A stretch of DNA of 64,000 nucleotides. Origin: Eledone cirrhosa (lineage: Eukaryota). The notes beneath the pieces are model-generated. The model was not told where the DNA came from. It saw nothing but the letters and a program-made list of their open reading frames with translations, and made no database searches. Positions within the stretch are counted from its first letter, which is position 1. Each line of letters begins with the position of its first letter. The position numbers and the translations under genes are program-made. Of the stretch, positions 16,701-32,666 are shown piece by piece. The DNA lies in contig OZ024741.1 in NCBI GenBank assembly GCA_964016885.1, forward strand, positions 20,212,001 through 20,276,000, read 5' to 3'.

Positions 16701-19408
16701 GTAACACACATATCTTAAATCCCAGTTACAGCACAGCTCATATTATCTGGCACAGTGTCGCAGTAACATACATATCTTAAACACATATTACAGCACAGCT
16801 CATATTATCTGGGACAGTGTCGCAGTAACACACATATCTTAAACCCCTATTACAGTACAGCTCATATTATCTGGGACAGTGTCGCAGTAACACATATCTT
16901 AAACCCCTATTACAGTACAGCTCATATTATCTGGGACAGTGTCGCAGTAACACATATCTTAAACCCCTATTACAGTACAGCTCATATTATCTGGGACAGT
17001 GTCGCAGTAACACATATCTTAGACCACTATTACAGTACAGCTCACATTATCTGGCACAGTGTCGCAGTAACACATATCTTAAATCCCTATTACATTACAG
17101 CTCATATTATCTGGCACAGTGTCGCAGTAACACACATATCTTAAATCCCTATTACAGTACAGCTCATATTATCTGGGACAGTGTCGCAGTAACACACATA
17201 TCTTAAACCCCTATTACAGCACAGCTCATATTATCTGGCACAGTGTCGCAGTAACACACATATCTTTAACCCCTATTACAGTCCAGCTCATATTATCTGG
17301 GACAGTGTCGCAGTAACACACATATCTTAAATCCCTATTACTGTACAGCTCATATTATCTGGCACAGTGTCGCAGTAACACACATATCTTAAATCCCTAT
17401 TACAGTACAGCTCATATTATCTGGAACAGTGTCGCAATAACACATATCTTAAACCCCTATTACATTACAGCTCATATTATCTGGGACAGTGTCGCAGTAA
17501 CACACATATCTTAAACCCCTATTACAGTACAGCTCATATTATCTGGGACAGTTTCGCAATAACACATATCTTAAATCCCTATTAGAGTACAGCTCATATT
17601 ATCTGGGATAGTGTCGCAGTAACACACATATCTTAAATCCCAGTTACAGCACAGCTCATATTATCTGGCACAGTGTCGCAGTAACACACATATCTTAAAC
17701 ACATATTACAGTACAGCTCATATTATCTGGGACACTGTCGCAGTAACACACATATCTTAAATCCCTATTACAGTACAGCTCATATAATCTGGGACAGTGT
17801 CACAGTAACACATATCTTAAACCCCTATTACAGCACAGCTCATATTATCTGGGACAGTCTCGCAGTAACACACATATCTTAAAACCCTATTACAGTACTG
17901 CTCATATTATCTGGCACAGTGTCGCAGTAACACACATATATTAAACACATATTACAGTACAGCTCATATTATCTGGGACAGTGTCGCAGGAACACACATA
18001 TCTTAAATCCCTATTACAGTACAGCTCATATTATCTGGGACAGAATCACAGTAACACATATCTTAAACCCATATTACAGCACAGCTCATATTATCTGGGA
18101 CAGTGTCGCAGTAACACACATATCTTAAACCCCTATTACAGTACAGCTCATATTATCTGGGACAGTGTCGCAGTAACACATATCTTAAACCCCTATTACA
18201 GGACAGTTCATATTATCTGGGACAGTGTCGCAGTAACACATATCTTAAACCACTATTACAGTACAGCTCATATTATCTGGCACAGTGTCGCAGTAACACA
18301 TATCTTAAATCCCTATTACATTACAGCTGATATTATCTGGCACAGTGTCGCAGTCACACACATATCTTAAACCCCTATTACAGTCCAGCTCATATTATCT
18401 GGGACAGTGTCGCAGTAACACACATATCTTAAACCCCTATTACAGTCCAGCTCATATTATCTGGGACAGTGTCGCAGTAACACACATATCTTAAACCCCT
18501 ATTACAGTCCAGCTCATATTATCTGGGACAGTGTTGCAGTAACACACATATCTTAAATCCCTATTCCTCTACAGCTCATAATATCTGGCACAGTGTCGCA
18601 GTAACACACATATCGTAAATCCCTATTACAGTACAGCTCATATTATCTGGGACAGTGTCGCAGTAACTCATATCTTAAATCCCTATTACATTACAGCTCA
18701 TATTATCTGGGACAGTGTCGCAGTAACACACATATCTTAAACCCCTATTACAGTACAGCTCATATTATCTGGAACAGTGTCGCAATAACACATATCTTAA
18801 ATCCCTATTACAGTACAGCTCATATTATCTGGGACAGTGTCGCAGTAACACACATATCTTAAACCCCTATTACAGTACAGCTCATATTATCTGAGACAGT
18901 GTCGCAGTAACACATATCTTAAATCACTATTACAGTACAGCTCATATTATCTGGGACAGTGTCGCAGTAACACATATCTTAAATCCCTATTACAGTACAG
19001 CTCATATTATCTGGGACAGTGTCGCAGTAACACACATATCTTAAATCCCTATTACAGCACAGCTCATATTATCTGGGACAGTGTCGCAGTAACACATATC
19101 TTAAATCCCTATTACAGTAAAGCTCATATTATCTGGGACAGTGTCGCAGTAACACACATATCTTAAATCCCTATTACAGTACAGCTCATATTATCTGGGA
19201 CAGTGTCGCAGTAACACACATATCTTAAATCCCTATTTCAGTACAGCTCATATTATCTGGGACAGTGTCGCAGTAACACATATCTTAAACCCCTATTACA
19301 GAACAGCTCATATTATCTGGGACAGTGTCGCAGCCACACATATCTTAAATCCCTATTACAGTACAGCTCATATTATCTGGGACAGTGTCGCAGCAACACA
19401 TATCTTAA

Positions 19409-19632
19409 CCCTTTAGCATTTACATTACTCTATATATACTATTATATTTTCGTGGTAAAAGTTTTACCTCACATAATTATCTCACGTAATACTGAATCTA
19501 TGAAATTTTTATGTTATTTATTTTGAGAAAAATACCTTAACATGAGTATGAGTGGCCAGTTACAGCCGGTTTGACGAGAAATGGATGAGAGAATTCTGGC
19601 CGGATACAGCCAGTTTAAATGATGCTAAAGGG
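19409..19632. mobile_element. piggyBac-type MITE copy 5
   Basis: Perfect 11-bp TIR CCCTTTAGCAT/ATGCTAAAGGG, TTAA on both sides. Confidence 0.9.
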
Positions 19633-21224
19633 TTAAAACCCTATTACAGTGAAACTCATATTATCTGGGACAGTGTCGCAGTAACACACATATCTTAACC
19701 CCCTATTACTGTACAGCTCATATTATCTGGGACAGTGTCGCAATAACACACATATCTTAAACCCCTATTACAGCACAGCTCATATTTTCTGGGACAGTGT
19801 CGCAATAACACATATCTTAAATCCCTATTACAGTACAGCTCATATTATCTGGGACAGTGTCGCAGTAACACACATATCTTAAATCCCAGTTACACCACAG
19901 CTCATATTATCTGGCACAGTGTCGCAGTAACATACATATCTTAAACACATATTACAGTACAGCTCATATTATGGGACAGTGTCGCAGTAACACACATATC
20001 TTAAATCCCTATTACAGTACAGCTCATATTATCTGGGAGAGTGTCACAGTAACACATATCTTAAACCCCTATTACAGCACAGCTCATATTATCTGGGACA
20101 GTGTCGCAGTAACACACATATCTTAAACCCCTATTACAGTACAGCTCATATTATCTGGGACAGTGTCGCAGTAACACATATCTTAAACCCCTATTACAGT
20201 ACAGCTCATATTATCTGGGACAGTGTCGCATTAACACATATCTTAAACCACTATTACAGTACAGCTCATATTATCTGGCACAGTGTCGCAGTAACACATA
20301 TCTTAAATCCCTATTACATTACAGCTCATATTATCTGGCACAGTGTCGCAGTAACACACATATCTTAAATCCTTATTACAGTACAGCTCATATTATCTGG
20401 GACAGTGTTGCAGTAACACACATATCTTAAACCCCTATTACAGCACAGCTCATATTATCTGGCACAGTGTCGCAGTAACACACATATCTTAAACCCCTAT
20501 TACAGTTCAGCTCATATTATCTGGGACAGTGTCGCAGTAACACACATATCTTAAACCCCTATTACAGTCCAGCTCATATTATCTGGGACAGTGTCGCAGT
20601 AACACACATATCTTAAATCCCAGTTACAGCACAGCTCATATTATCTGGCACAGTGTCGCAGTAACACACATATCTTAAACACATATTACAGTACAGCTCA
20701 TATTATCTGAGACAGTGTCGCAGTAACACATATCTTAAATCACTATTACAGTACAGCTCATATTATCTGGGACAGTGTCGCAGTAACACATATCTTAAAT
20801 CCCTATTACAGTACAGCTCATATTATCTGGGACAGTGTCGCAGTAACACATATATCCTAAACCCCTATTACAGCACAGCTCATATTATCTGGGACAGTGT
20901 CGCAGTAACACATATCTTAAATCCCTATTACAGTAAAGCTCATATTATCTGGGACAGTGTCGCAGTAACACACATATCTTAAATCCCTATTACAGTACAG
21001 CTCATATTATCTGGGACAGTGTCGCAGTAACACACATATCTTAAATCCCTATTTTAGTACAGCTCATATTATCTGGGACAGTGTCGCAGTAACACATATC
21101 TTAAACCCCTATTACAGAACAGCTCATATTATCTGGGACAGTGTCGCAGCCACACATATCTTAAATCCCTATTACAGTACAGCTCATATTATCTGGGACA
21201 GTGTCGCAGCAACACATATCTTAA

Positions 21225-21448
21225 CCCTTTAGCATTTACATTAATCTATATATACTATTATATTTTCGTGGTAAATGTTTTACCTCACATAATTATCTCA
21301 CATAATACTGAATCTATGAAATTTTTATGTTATTTATTTTGAGAAAAATACCTTAACATCAGTATGAGTGGCCAGTTACAGCCGGTTTGACGAGAAATGG
21401 ATGAGAGAATTCTGGCCGGATACAGCCAGTTTAAATGATGCTAAAGGG
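21225..21448. mobile_element. piggyBac-type MITE copy 6
   Basis: Perfect 11-bp TIR, TTAA on both sides. Confidence 0.9.
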
Positions 21449-24400
21449 TTAAAACCCTATGACAGTGAAACTCATATTATCTGGGACAGTGTCGCAGTAA
21501 CACACATATCTTAAACCCCTATTACTGTACAGCTCATATTATCTGGGACAGTGTCGCAGTAACACACATATCTTAAATCCCAGTTACAGCACAGCTCATA
21601 TTATCTGGCACAGTGTCGCAGTAACACACATATCTTAAACACATATTACAGTACAGCTCATATTATCTGGGACAGTGTCGCAGCAACACACATATCTTAA
21701 ATCCCTATTACAGTACAGCTCATATTATCTGGGACAGTGTCGCAGTAACACATATCTTAAATCCCTATTACATTACAGCTCATATTATCTGGCACAGTGT
21801 CGCAGTAACACACATATCTTAAATCCCTATTACAGTACAGCTCATATTATCTGGGACAGTGTTGCAGTAACACACATATCTTAAACCCCTATTACAGCAC
21901 AGCTCATATTATCTGGCACAGTGTCGCAGTAACACACATATCTTAAACCCCTATTACAGTTCAGCTCATATTATCTGGGACAGTGTCGCAGTAACACACA
22001 TATCTTAAACCCCTATTACAGTCCAGCTCATATTATCTGGGACAGTGTCGCAGTAACACACATATCTGAAATCCCTATTACAGTACAGCTCATATTATCT
22101 GGGACAGTGTCACAGTAACACATATCTTAAACCCCTATTACAGCACAGCTCATATTATCTGGGACAGTGTCGCAGTAACACACATATCTTAAACCCCTAT
22201 TACAGTACAGCTCATATTATCTGGGACAGTGTCGCAGTAACACATATCTTAAATCCCTATTACAGTACAGCTCATATTATCTGGGACAGTGTCGCAGTAA
22301 CACACATATCTTAAACCCCTATTACAGCACAGCTCATATTATCTGGAACAGTGTCGCAATAACACATATCTTAAATCCCTATTACAGTACAGCTCATATT
22401 ATCTGGGACAGTGCCGCAGTAACACACATATCTTAAATCCCTGTTACAGCGCAGCTCATATTATCTGGCACACTGTCGCAGTAACACACATATCTTAAAT
22501 CCCTATTACAGTACAGCTCATATTATCTGGGACAGTGTCGCAGTAACACACATATCTTAAACACATATTACAGTACAGCTCTTATTATCTGGGACAGTGT
22601 CGCAGTAACACATATCTTAAATCCCTATTACAGTACAGCTCATATTATCTGGGACAGTGTCGCAGTAACACATATCTTAAATCCCTATTACAGTACAGCT
22701 CATATTATCTGGGACAGTGTCGCAGTAACACACATATCTTAAATCCCTATTACAGTACAGCTCATATTATCTGGGACATTGTCGCAGTAACACACATATC
22801 TTAAATCCCTATTACAGTACAGCTCATATTATCTGGGACAGTGTCGCAGTAACACATATCTTAAATCCCTATTACAGTACAGCTCATATTATCTGGGACA
22901 GTGTCGCAGTAACACACATATCTTAAACCCCTATTACTGTACAGCTCATATTATCTGGGACAGTGTCGCAGTAACACACATATCTTAAATCCCAGTTACA
23001 GCACAGCTCATATTATCTGGCACAGTGTCGCAGTAACACACATATCTTAAACACATATTACAGTACAGCTCATATTATCTGGGACAGTGTCGCAGTAACA
23101 CACATATCTTAAATCCCTATTACAGTACAGCTCATATTATCTGGGACAGTGTCACAGTAACACATATCTTAAACCCCTATTACAGCACAGCTCTTATTAT
23201 CTGGGACAGTGTCGCTGTAACACACATATCTTAAACCCCTATTACAGTACAGCTCATATTATCTGGGACAGTGTCGCAGTAACACATATCTTAAACCCTT
23301 ATTACAGTACAGCTCATATTATCTGGGACAGTGTCGCAGTAACAAATATCTTAAACCACTATTACAGTACAGCTCATATTATCTGGCACAGTGTCGCAGT
23401 AACACATATCTTAAATCCCTATTAAATTACAGCTCATATTATCTGGCACAGTGTCGCAGTAACACACATATCTTAAATCCCTATTACAGTACAGCTCATA
23501 TTATCTGGGACAGTGTTGCAGTAACACACATATCTTAAACCCCTATTACAGCACAGCTCATATTATCTGGCACAGTGTCGCAGTAACACACATATCTTAA
23601 ACCCCTATTACAGTTCAGCTCATATTATCTGGGACAGTGTCGCAGTAACACACATATCTAAAACCCCTATTACAGTCCAGCTCATATTATCTGGGACAGT
23701 GTCGCAGTAACACACATATCTGAAATCCCTATTACAGTACAGCTCATATTATCTGGGACAGTGTCACAGTAACACATATCTTAAACCCCTATTACAGCAC
23801 AGCTCATATTATCTGGGACAGTGTCGCAGTAACACACATATCTTAAACCCCTATTACAGTACAGCTCATATTATCTGGGACAGTGTCGAAAGTAACACAT
23901 ATCTTAAATCCCTATTACAGTACAGCTCATATTATCTGGGACAGTGTCGCAGTAACACACATATCTTAAACCCCTATTACAGCACAGCTCATATTATCTG
24001 GAACAGTGTCGCAATAACACATATCTTAAATCCCTATTACAGTACAGCTCATATTATCTGGGACAGTGCCGCAGTAACACACATATCTTAAATCCCTGTT
24101 ACAGCGCAGCTCATATTATCTGGCACACTGTCGCAGTAACACACATATCTTAAACACATATTACAGTACAGCTCTTATTATCTGGGACAGTGTCGCAGTA
24201 ACACATATCTTAAATCCCTATTACAGTACAGCTCATATTATCTGGGACAGTGTCGCAGTAACACATATCTTAAATCCCTATTACAGTACAGCTCATATTA
24301 TCTGGGACAGTGTCGCAGTAACACACATATCTTAAATCCCTATTACAGTACAGCTCATATTATCTGGGACATTGTCGCAGTAACACACATATCTTAAATC

Positions 24401-27400
24401 CCTATTACAGTACAGCTCATATTATCTGGGACAGTGTCGCAGTAACACATATCTTAAATCCCTATTACAGTACAGCTCATATTATCTGGGACAGTGTCGC
24501 ACTAACACACATATCTTAAATCCCTATTACTGTACAGCTCATATTATCTGGGACAGTGTCGCAGTAACACATATCTTAAATCCCTATTACAGTACAGCTC
24601 ATATTATCTGGGACAGTGTCGCAGTAACACACATATCTTAATTCCCTATTACAGTACAGCTCATATTATCTGGGACAGTGTCGCAGTAACACACATATCT
24701 TAAATCCCTATTACAGTACAGCTCATATTATCTGGGACAGTGTCGCAGTAACACATATCTTAAATCCCTATTACAGTACAGCTCATATTCTCTGGGACAC
24801 ATTCGCTGTAACACACATATCTTAAATCCCTATTACAGTACAGCTCATATTATCTGGGACAGTGTCGCAGTAACACACATATCTTAAACCCCTATTACAG
24901 TACAGCTCATATTATCTTGGACAGTGTCGCAGTAACACATATCTTAAACCCCTATTACAGTACAGCTCATATTATCTGGGACAGTGTCGCAGTAACACAC
25001 ATATCTTAAACCCCTACTGCAGTACAGCTCATGTTATCTGGGACAGTGTCGCAGTAACACATATCTTAAACCCCTATTACAGTACAGCTCATATTATCTG
25101 GGACAGTGTCGCAGTAACACACATATCTTAAACCCCTATTACAGTACAGCTCATATTATCTGGGACAGTGTCTCAGTAACACATATCGTAAACCCCTATT
25201 ACAGTACAGCTCATATTATCTGGCACAGTGTCGCAGTAACACATATATCTTAAATCCCTATTACATTACAGCTCATATTATCTGGCACAGTGTCGCAGTA
25301 ACACATATCTTAAATCCCTATTACATTACAGCTCATATTATCTGGCACAGTGTCGCAGTAACACATATCTTAAATCCCTATTACAGTACAGCTCATATTA
25401 TCTGGGACAGTGTCGCAATAACACATATCTTAAACCCCTATTACAGTACAGCTCATATTATCTGGCACAGTGTCGCAGTAACACATATCTTAAATCCCTA
25501 TTACATTACAGCTCATATTATCTGGCACAGTGTCGCAGTAACACACATATCTTAAACCCCTATTACAGCACAGCTCATATTATCTGGGACAGTGTCGCAG
25601 TAACACATATCTTAAACCCCTATTACAGTACAGCTCATATTATCTGGGACAGTGTCGCAGTAACACACATATCTTAAATCCCTATTACAGTACAGCTCAT
25701 ATTATCTGGGACAGTGTCGCAGTAACACATATCTTAAACCCCTATTACAGCACAGCTCATATTATCTGGGACAGTGTCGCAGTAACACACATATCTTAAA
25801 CCCCTATTACAGTACAGCTCATATTATCTGGGACAGTGTCGCAGTAACACATATCTTAAACCCCTATTACAGTACAGCTCATATTATCTGGCCCAGTGTC
25901 GCAGTAACACACATATCTTAAATCCCTATTACATTACAGCTCATATTATCTGGCACAGTGTCGCAGTATCACATATCTTAAATCCCTATTACATTACAGC
26001 TCATATTATCTGGCACAGTGTCGCAGTAACACATATCTTAAATCCCTATTACAGTACAGCTCATATTATCTGGGACAGTGTCGCAATAACACATATCTTA
26101 AACCCCTATTACAGTACAGCTCATATTATCTGGCACAGTGTCGCAGTAACACATATCTTAAATCCCTATTACATTACAGCTCATATTATCTGGGACAGTG
26201 TCGCAGTAACACACATATCTTAAATCCCTATTACAGTACAGCTCATATTATCTGGGACAGTGTCGCAGTAACACACATATCTTAAATCCCTATTACTGCA
26301 CAGCTCATATTATCTGGCACAGTGTCGCAGTAACACACATAACTTAAATCCCTATTACAGTACAGCTCATATTATCTGGCACAGTGTCGCAGTAACACAT
26401 ATCTTAGATCCCTATTACATTACAGCTCATATTATCTGGCACAGTGTCGCAGTAACACACATATATTAAATCCCTATTACAGTACAGCTCATATTATCTG
26501 GGACAGTGTCGCAGTAACACACGTCTTAAACCCCTATTACAGCACAGCTCATATTATCTGGCACAGGTTCGCAGTAACACACATATCTTAAATCCCTATT
26601 ACAGTACAGCTCATATTATCTGGGACAGTGTCGCAGTAACACATCTCTTAAACCCCTATTACAGTACAGCCCATATTATCTGGGACAGTGTCGCAGTAAC
26701 ACATATCTTAAACCACTATTACAGTACAGCTCATATTATCTGGCACAGTGTCGCAGTAACACATATCTTAAATCCCTATTACATTACAGCTCATATTATC
26801 TGGCACAGTGTCGCAGTAACACACATATCTTAAATCCCTATTACAGTACAGCTCATATTATCTGGGACAGTGTCGCAGTAACACACATATCTTAAACCCC
26901 TATTACAGCACAGCTCTTATTATCTGGGACAGTGTCGCAGTAACACACATATCTTAAACCCCTATTACAGTCCAGCTCATATTATCTGGGACAGTTTCGC
27001 AGTAACACACATATCTTAAACCCCTATTACAGTCCAGCTCATATTATCTGAGACATTGTCGCAGTAACACACATATATTGAATCCCTATTACTGTACAGC
27101 TCATATTATCTGGCACAGTGTCGCAGTAACACACATATCTTAAATCCCTGTTACAGTACAGCTCATATTATCTGGGACAGTGTCGCAATAACACATATCT
27201 TAAACCCCTATTACATTACAGCTCATATTATCTGGCACAGTGTCGCAGTAACACACATATCTTAAATCCCTATTACAGTACAGCTCATATTATCTGGCAC
27301 AGTTTCGCAGTAACACATATCTTAAACCCCTATTACATTACAGCTCATATTATCTGGCACAGTGTCGCAGTAACACACATATCTTAAATCCCTATTACAG

Positions 27401-30400
27401 TACAGCTCATATTATCTGGGACAGTGTCGCAATAACACACATATCTTAAATCCCTATTACAGTACAGCTCATATTATCTGGGACAGTGTCGCAGTAACAC
27501 ATATCTTAAACCCCTATTACAGTCCAGCTCATATTATCTGGCACAGTGTCGCAGTAACACATATCTTAAATCCCTATTACAGTACAGCTCATATTATCTG
27601 GGACAGTGTCGCAATAACACATATCTTAAACCCCTATTACAGTACAGCTCATATTATCTGGCACAGTGTCGCAGTAACACATATCTTAAATCCCTATTAC
27701 ATTACAGCTCATATTATCTGGCAGAATGTCGCAGTAACACACATATCTTAAATCCCTATTACAGTACAGCTCATATTATCTGGGACAGTGTCGCAATAAC
27801 ACACATATCTTAAATCCCTATTACAGTACAGCTCATATTATCTGGCACAGTGTCGCAGTAACACACATATCTTAAATCCCTATTACAGTACAGCTCATAT
27901 TATCTGGCACAGTGTCGCAGTAACACATATCTTAGATCCCTATTACATTACAGCTCATATTATCTGGCACAGTGTCGCAGTAACACACATATCTTAAATC
28001 CCTATTACAGTACAGCTCATATTATCTGGGACAGTGTCGCAGTAACACACATATTTTAAATCCCTATTACAGTACAGCTCATATTATCTGGGACATTGTC
28101 GCAGTAACACACATATCTTAAATCCCTATAACAGTACAGCTCATATTATCTGGGACAGTGTCACTGTAACACACATATCTTAAACCCCTATTACAGTCCA
28201 GCTCATATTATCTGGGACAGTGTCGCAGTAACACACATATCTTAAACCCCTATTACAGTCCAGCTCATATTATCTGGGACAGTGTCGCAGTAACACACAT
28301 ATCTTAAATCCCTATTACAGTACAGCTCATATTATCTGGGACAGTGTCGCAGTAACACACATATATTAAATCCCTATTACTGTACAGCTCATATTATCTG
28401 GCACAGTGTCGCAGTAACACACATATCTTAAATCCCTATTACAGTACAGCTCATATTATCTGGGACAGTGTCGCAATAACACATATATTAAACCGCTATT
28501 AAATTACAGCTCATATTATCTGGGACAGTGTCGCAGTAACACACATATCTTAAACCCCTATTACAGCACAGCTCATATTATCTGGGACAGTGTCGCAGTA
28601 ACACATATCTTAAACCCCTATTACAGTACAGCTCATATTATCTGGGACAGTGTCGCAGTAACACACATATCTTAAATCCCTATTACAGTACAGCTCATAT
28701 TATCTGGGACAGTGTCGCAGTAACACATATCTTAAACCCCTATTACAGCACAGCTCATATTATCTGGGACAGTGTCGCAGTAACACACATATCTTAAACC
28801 CCTATTACAGTACAGCTCATATTATCTGGGACAGTGTCGCAGTAACACATATCTTAAACCCCTATTACAGTACAGCTCATATTATCTGGCACAGTGTCGC
28901 AGTAACACACATATCTTAAATCCCTATTACATTACAGCTCATATTATCTGGCACAGTGTCGCAGTAACACATATCTTAAATCCCTATTACATTACAGCTC
29001 ATATTATCTGGCACAGTGTCGCAGTAACACATATCTTAAATCCCTATTACAGTACAGCTCATATTATCTGGGACAGTGTCGCAATAACACATATCTTAAA
29101 CCCCTATTACAGTACAGCTCATATTATCTGGCACAGTGTCGCAGTAACACATATCTTAAATCCCTATTACATTACAGCTCATATTATCTGGCACAGTGTC
29201 GCAGTAACGCACATATCTTAAATCCCTATTACAGTACAGCTCATATTATCTGGGACAGTGTCGCAGTAACACACATATCTTAAATCCCTATTACTGCACA
29301 GCTCATATTATCTGCCACAGTGTCGCAGTAACACACATAACTTAAATCCCTATTACAGTACAGCTCATATTATCTGGCACAGTGTCGCAGTAACACATAT
29401 CTTAGATCCCTTTTACATTACAGCTCATATTATCTGGCACAGTGTCGCAGTAACACACATATCTTAAATCCCTATTACAGTACAGCTCATATTATCTGGG
29501 ACAGAGTCGCAGTAACACACATGTCTTAAACCCCTATTACAGCACAGCTCATATTATCTGGCACAGTGTCGCAGTAACACACATATCTTAAATCCCTATT
29601 ACAGTACAGCTCATATTATCTGGGACAGTGTCGCAGTAACACATCTCTTAAACCCCTATTACAGTACAGCCCATATTATCTGGGACAGTGTCGCAGTAAC
29701 ACATATCTTAAACCACTATTACAGTACAGCTCATATTATCTGGCACAGTGTCGCAGTAACACATATCTTAAATCCCTATTACATTACAGCTCATATTATC
29801 TGGCACAGTGTCGCAGTAACACACATATCTTAAATCCCTATTACAGTACAGCTCATATTATCTGGGACAGTGTCGCAGTAACACACATATCTTAAATCCC
29901 TGTTACAGTACAGCTCATATTATCTGGGACAGTGTCGCAATAACACATATCTTAAACCCCTATTACATTTCAGCTCATATTATCTGGGACAGTGTCGCAG
30001 TAACACACATATCTTAAACCCCTATTACAGCACAGCTCATATTATCTGGGACAGTGTCGCAGTAACACATATCTTAAACCCCTATTACAGTACAGCTCGT
30101 ATTATCTGGGACAGTGTCGCAGTAACACACATATCTTAAATCCCTATTACAGTACAGCTCATATTATCTGGCACAGTGTCGCAGTAACACATATCTTAAA
30201 CCCCTATTACAGCACAGCTCATATTATCTGGGACAGTGTCGCAGTTACACACATATCTTAAACCCCTATTACAGTACAGCTCATATTATCTGGGACAGTG
30301 TCACAGTAACACATATCTTAAACCCCTATTACAGTACAGCTCATATTATCTGGCACAGTGTCGCAGTAACACACATATCTTAAATCCCTATTACATTACA

Positions 30401-30933
30401 GCTCATATTATCTGGCACAGTGTCGCAGTAACACATATCTTAAATCCCTATTACATTATAGCTCATATTATCTGGCACAGTGTCGCAGTAAAACATATCT
30501 TATATCCCTATTACCTTACAGCTCATATTATCTGGCACAGTGTCGCAGTAACACACATATCTTAAATCCCTATTACAGTACAGCTCATATTATCTGGGAC
30601 AGTGTCGCAGTAACACACATATCTTAAATCCCTATTACAGTACAGCTCATATTATCTGGCACAGTGTCGCAGTAACACACATATCTTAAATCCCTATTAC
30701 AGTACAGCTCATATTATCTGGCACAGTGTCGCAGTAACACACATATCTCAAATCCCAGTTACAGCACAGCTCATATTATCTGGCACAGTGTCGCAGTAAC
30801 ACACATATCTTAAACCCCTATTACATTACAGCTCATATTATCTGGGACAGTGTCGCAGCAACACACATCTTAAATCCTTATTACAGTACAGCTCATATTA
30901 TCTGGGACAGTGTCGCAGCAACACATATCTTAA

Positions 30934-31157
30934 CCCTTTAGCATTTACATTACTCTATATATACTATTATATTTTCGTGGTAAAAGTTTTACCTCACATA
31001 ATTATCTCACATAATACTGAATCTATGAAATTTTTATGTTATTTATTTTGAGAAAAATACCTTAACATCAGTATGAGTGGCCAGTTACAGCCGGTTTGAC
31101 GAGAAATGGATGAGAGAATTCTGGCCGCATACAGCCAGTTTAAATGATGCTAAAGGG
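30934..31157. mobile_element. piggyBac-type MITE copy 7
   Basis: Perfect 11-bp TIR, TTAA on both sides; GGCCGCATAC variant shared with copy 11. Confidence 0.9.
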
Positions 31158-32441
31158 TTAAAACCCTATTACAGTGAAACTCACATTATCTGGGACAGTG
31201 TCGCAGTAACACACATATCTTAATCCCCTATTACTCTACAGCTCATATTATCTGGGACAGTGTCGCAATAACACACATATCTTAAACCCCTATTACAGCA
31301 CAGCTCATATTATCTGGAACAGTGTCGCAATAACACATATCTTAAATCCCTATTACAGTACAGCTCATATTATCTGGGACAGTGTCGCAGTAACACACAT
31401 ACCTTAAATCCCAGTTACAGCACAGCTCATATTATCTGGCACAGTGTCGCAGTAACACACATATCTTAAACACATATTACAGTACAGCTCATATTATCTG
31501 GGACAGTGTCGCAGTAACACACATATCTAAAATCCCTTTTACAGTACAGCTCATATTATCTGGGACAGTGTCACAGTAACACATATCTTAAACCCCTATT
31601 ACAGCACAGCTCATATTATCTGGGACAGTGTCGCAGTAACACACATATCTTAAACCCCTATTACAGTACAGCTCATATTATCTGGGACAGTGTCGCAGTA
31701 ACACATATCTTAAACCCTTATTACAGTACAGCTCATATTATCTGGGACAATGTCGCAGTAACACATATCTTAAACCACTATTACAGTACAGCTCATATTA
31801 TCTGGGACAGTGTCGCAGTAACACATATCTTAAACCACTATTACAGTACAGCTCATATTATCTGGCACAGTGTCGCAGTAACACATATCTTAAATCCCTA
31901 TTACATTACAGCTCATATTATCTGGCACAGTGTCGTAGTAACACACATATCTTAAACCCCTATTACAGTCCAGCTCATATTATCTGGGACAGTGTCGCAG
32001 TAACACACATATCTTAAACCCCTATTACAGTCCAGCTCATATTATCTGGGACAGTGTTGCAGTAACACACATATCTTAAATCCCTATTACTTTACAGCTC
32101 ATATTATCTGGGACAGTGTCGCAGTAACACACATATCTTAAATCCCAGTTACAGCACAGCTCATATTATCTGGCACAGTGTCGCAGTAACACATATCTTA
32201 AACCCCTATTACAGCACAGCTCATATTATCTGGGACAGTGTCACAGTAACACATATCTTAAACCCCTATTACAGTACAGCTCATATTATCTGGGACAGTG
32301 TCACAGTAACACATATCTTAAACCCCTATTACAGCACAGCTCATATTATCTGGGACAGTGTCGCAGCAACACATATCTTAAATCCCTATTACAGTACAGC
32401 TCATATTATCTGGGACAGTGTCGCAGCAACACATATCTTAA

Positions 32442-32666
32442 CCCTTTAGCATTTACATTACTCTATATATACTATTATATTTTCGTGGTAAAACTTTTAC
32501 CTCACATAATTATCTCACATAATACTGAATCTATGAAATTTTTTATGTTATTTATTTTGAGAAAAATACCTTAACATCAGTATGAGTGGCCAGTTACAGC
32601 CGGTTTGACGAGAAATGGATGAGAGAATTCTTGCCGGATACAGCCAGTTTAAATGATGCTAAAGTG
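32442..32666. mobile_element. piggyBac-type MITE copy 8 (225 bp, right end mutated to AAAGTG)
   Basis: Extra T and TTCTTGCCGG variant shared with copy 12. Confidence 0.9.
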
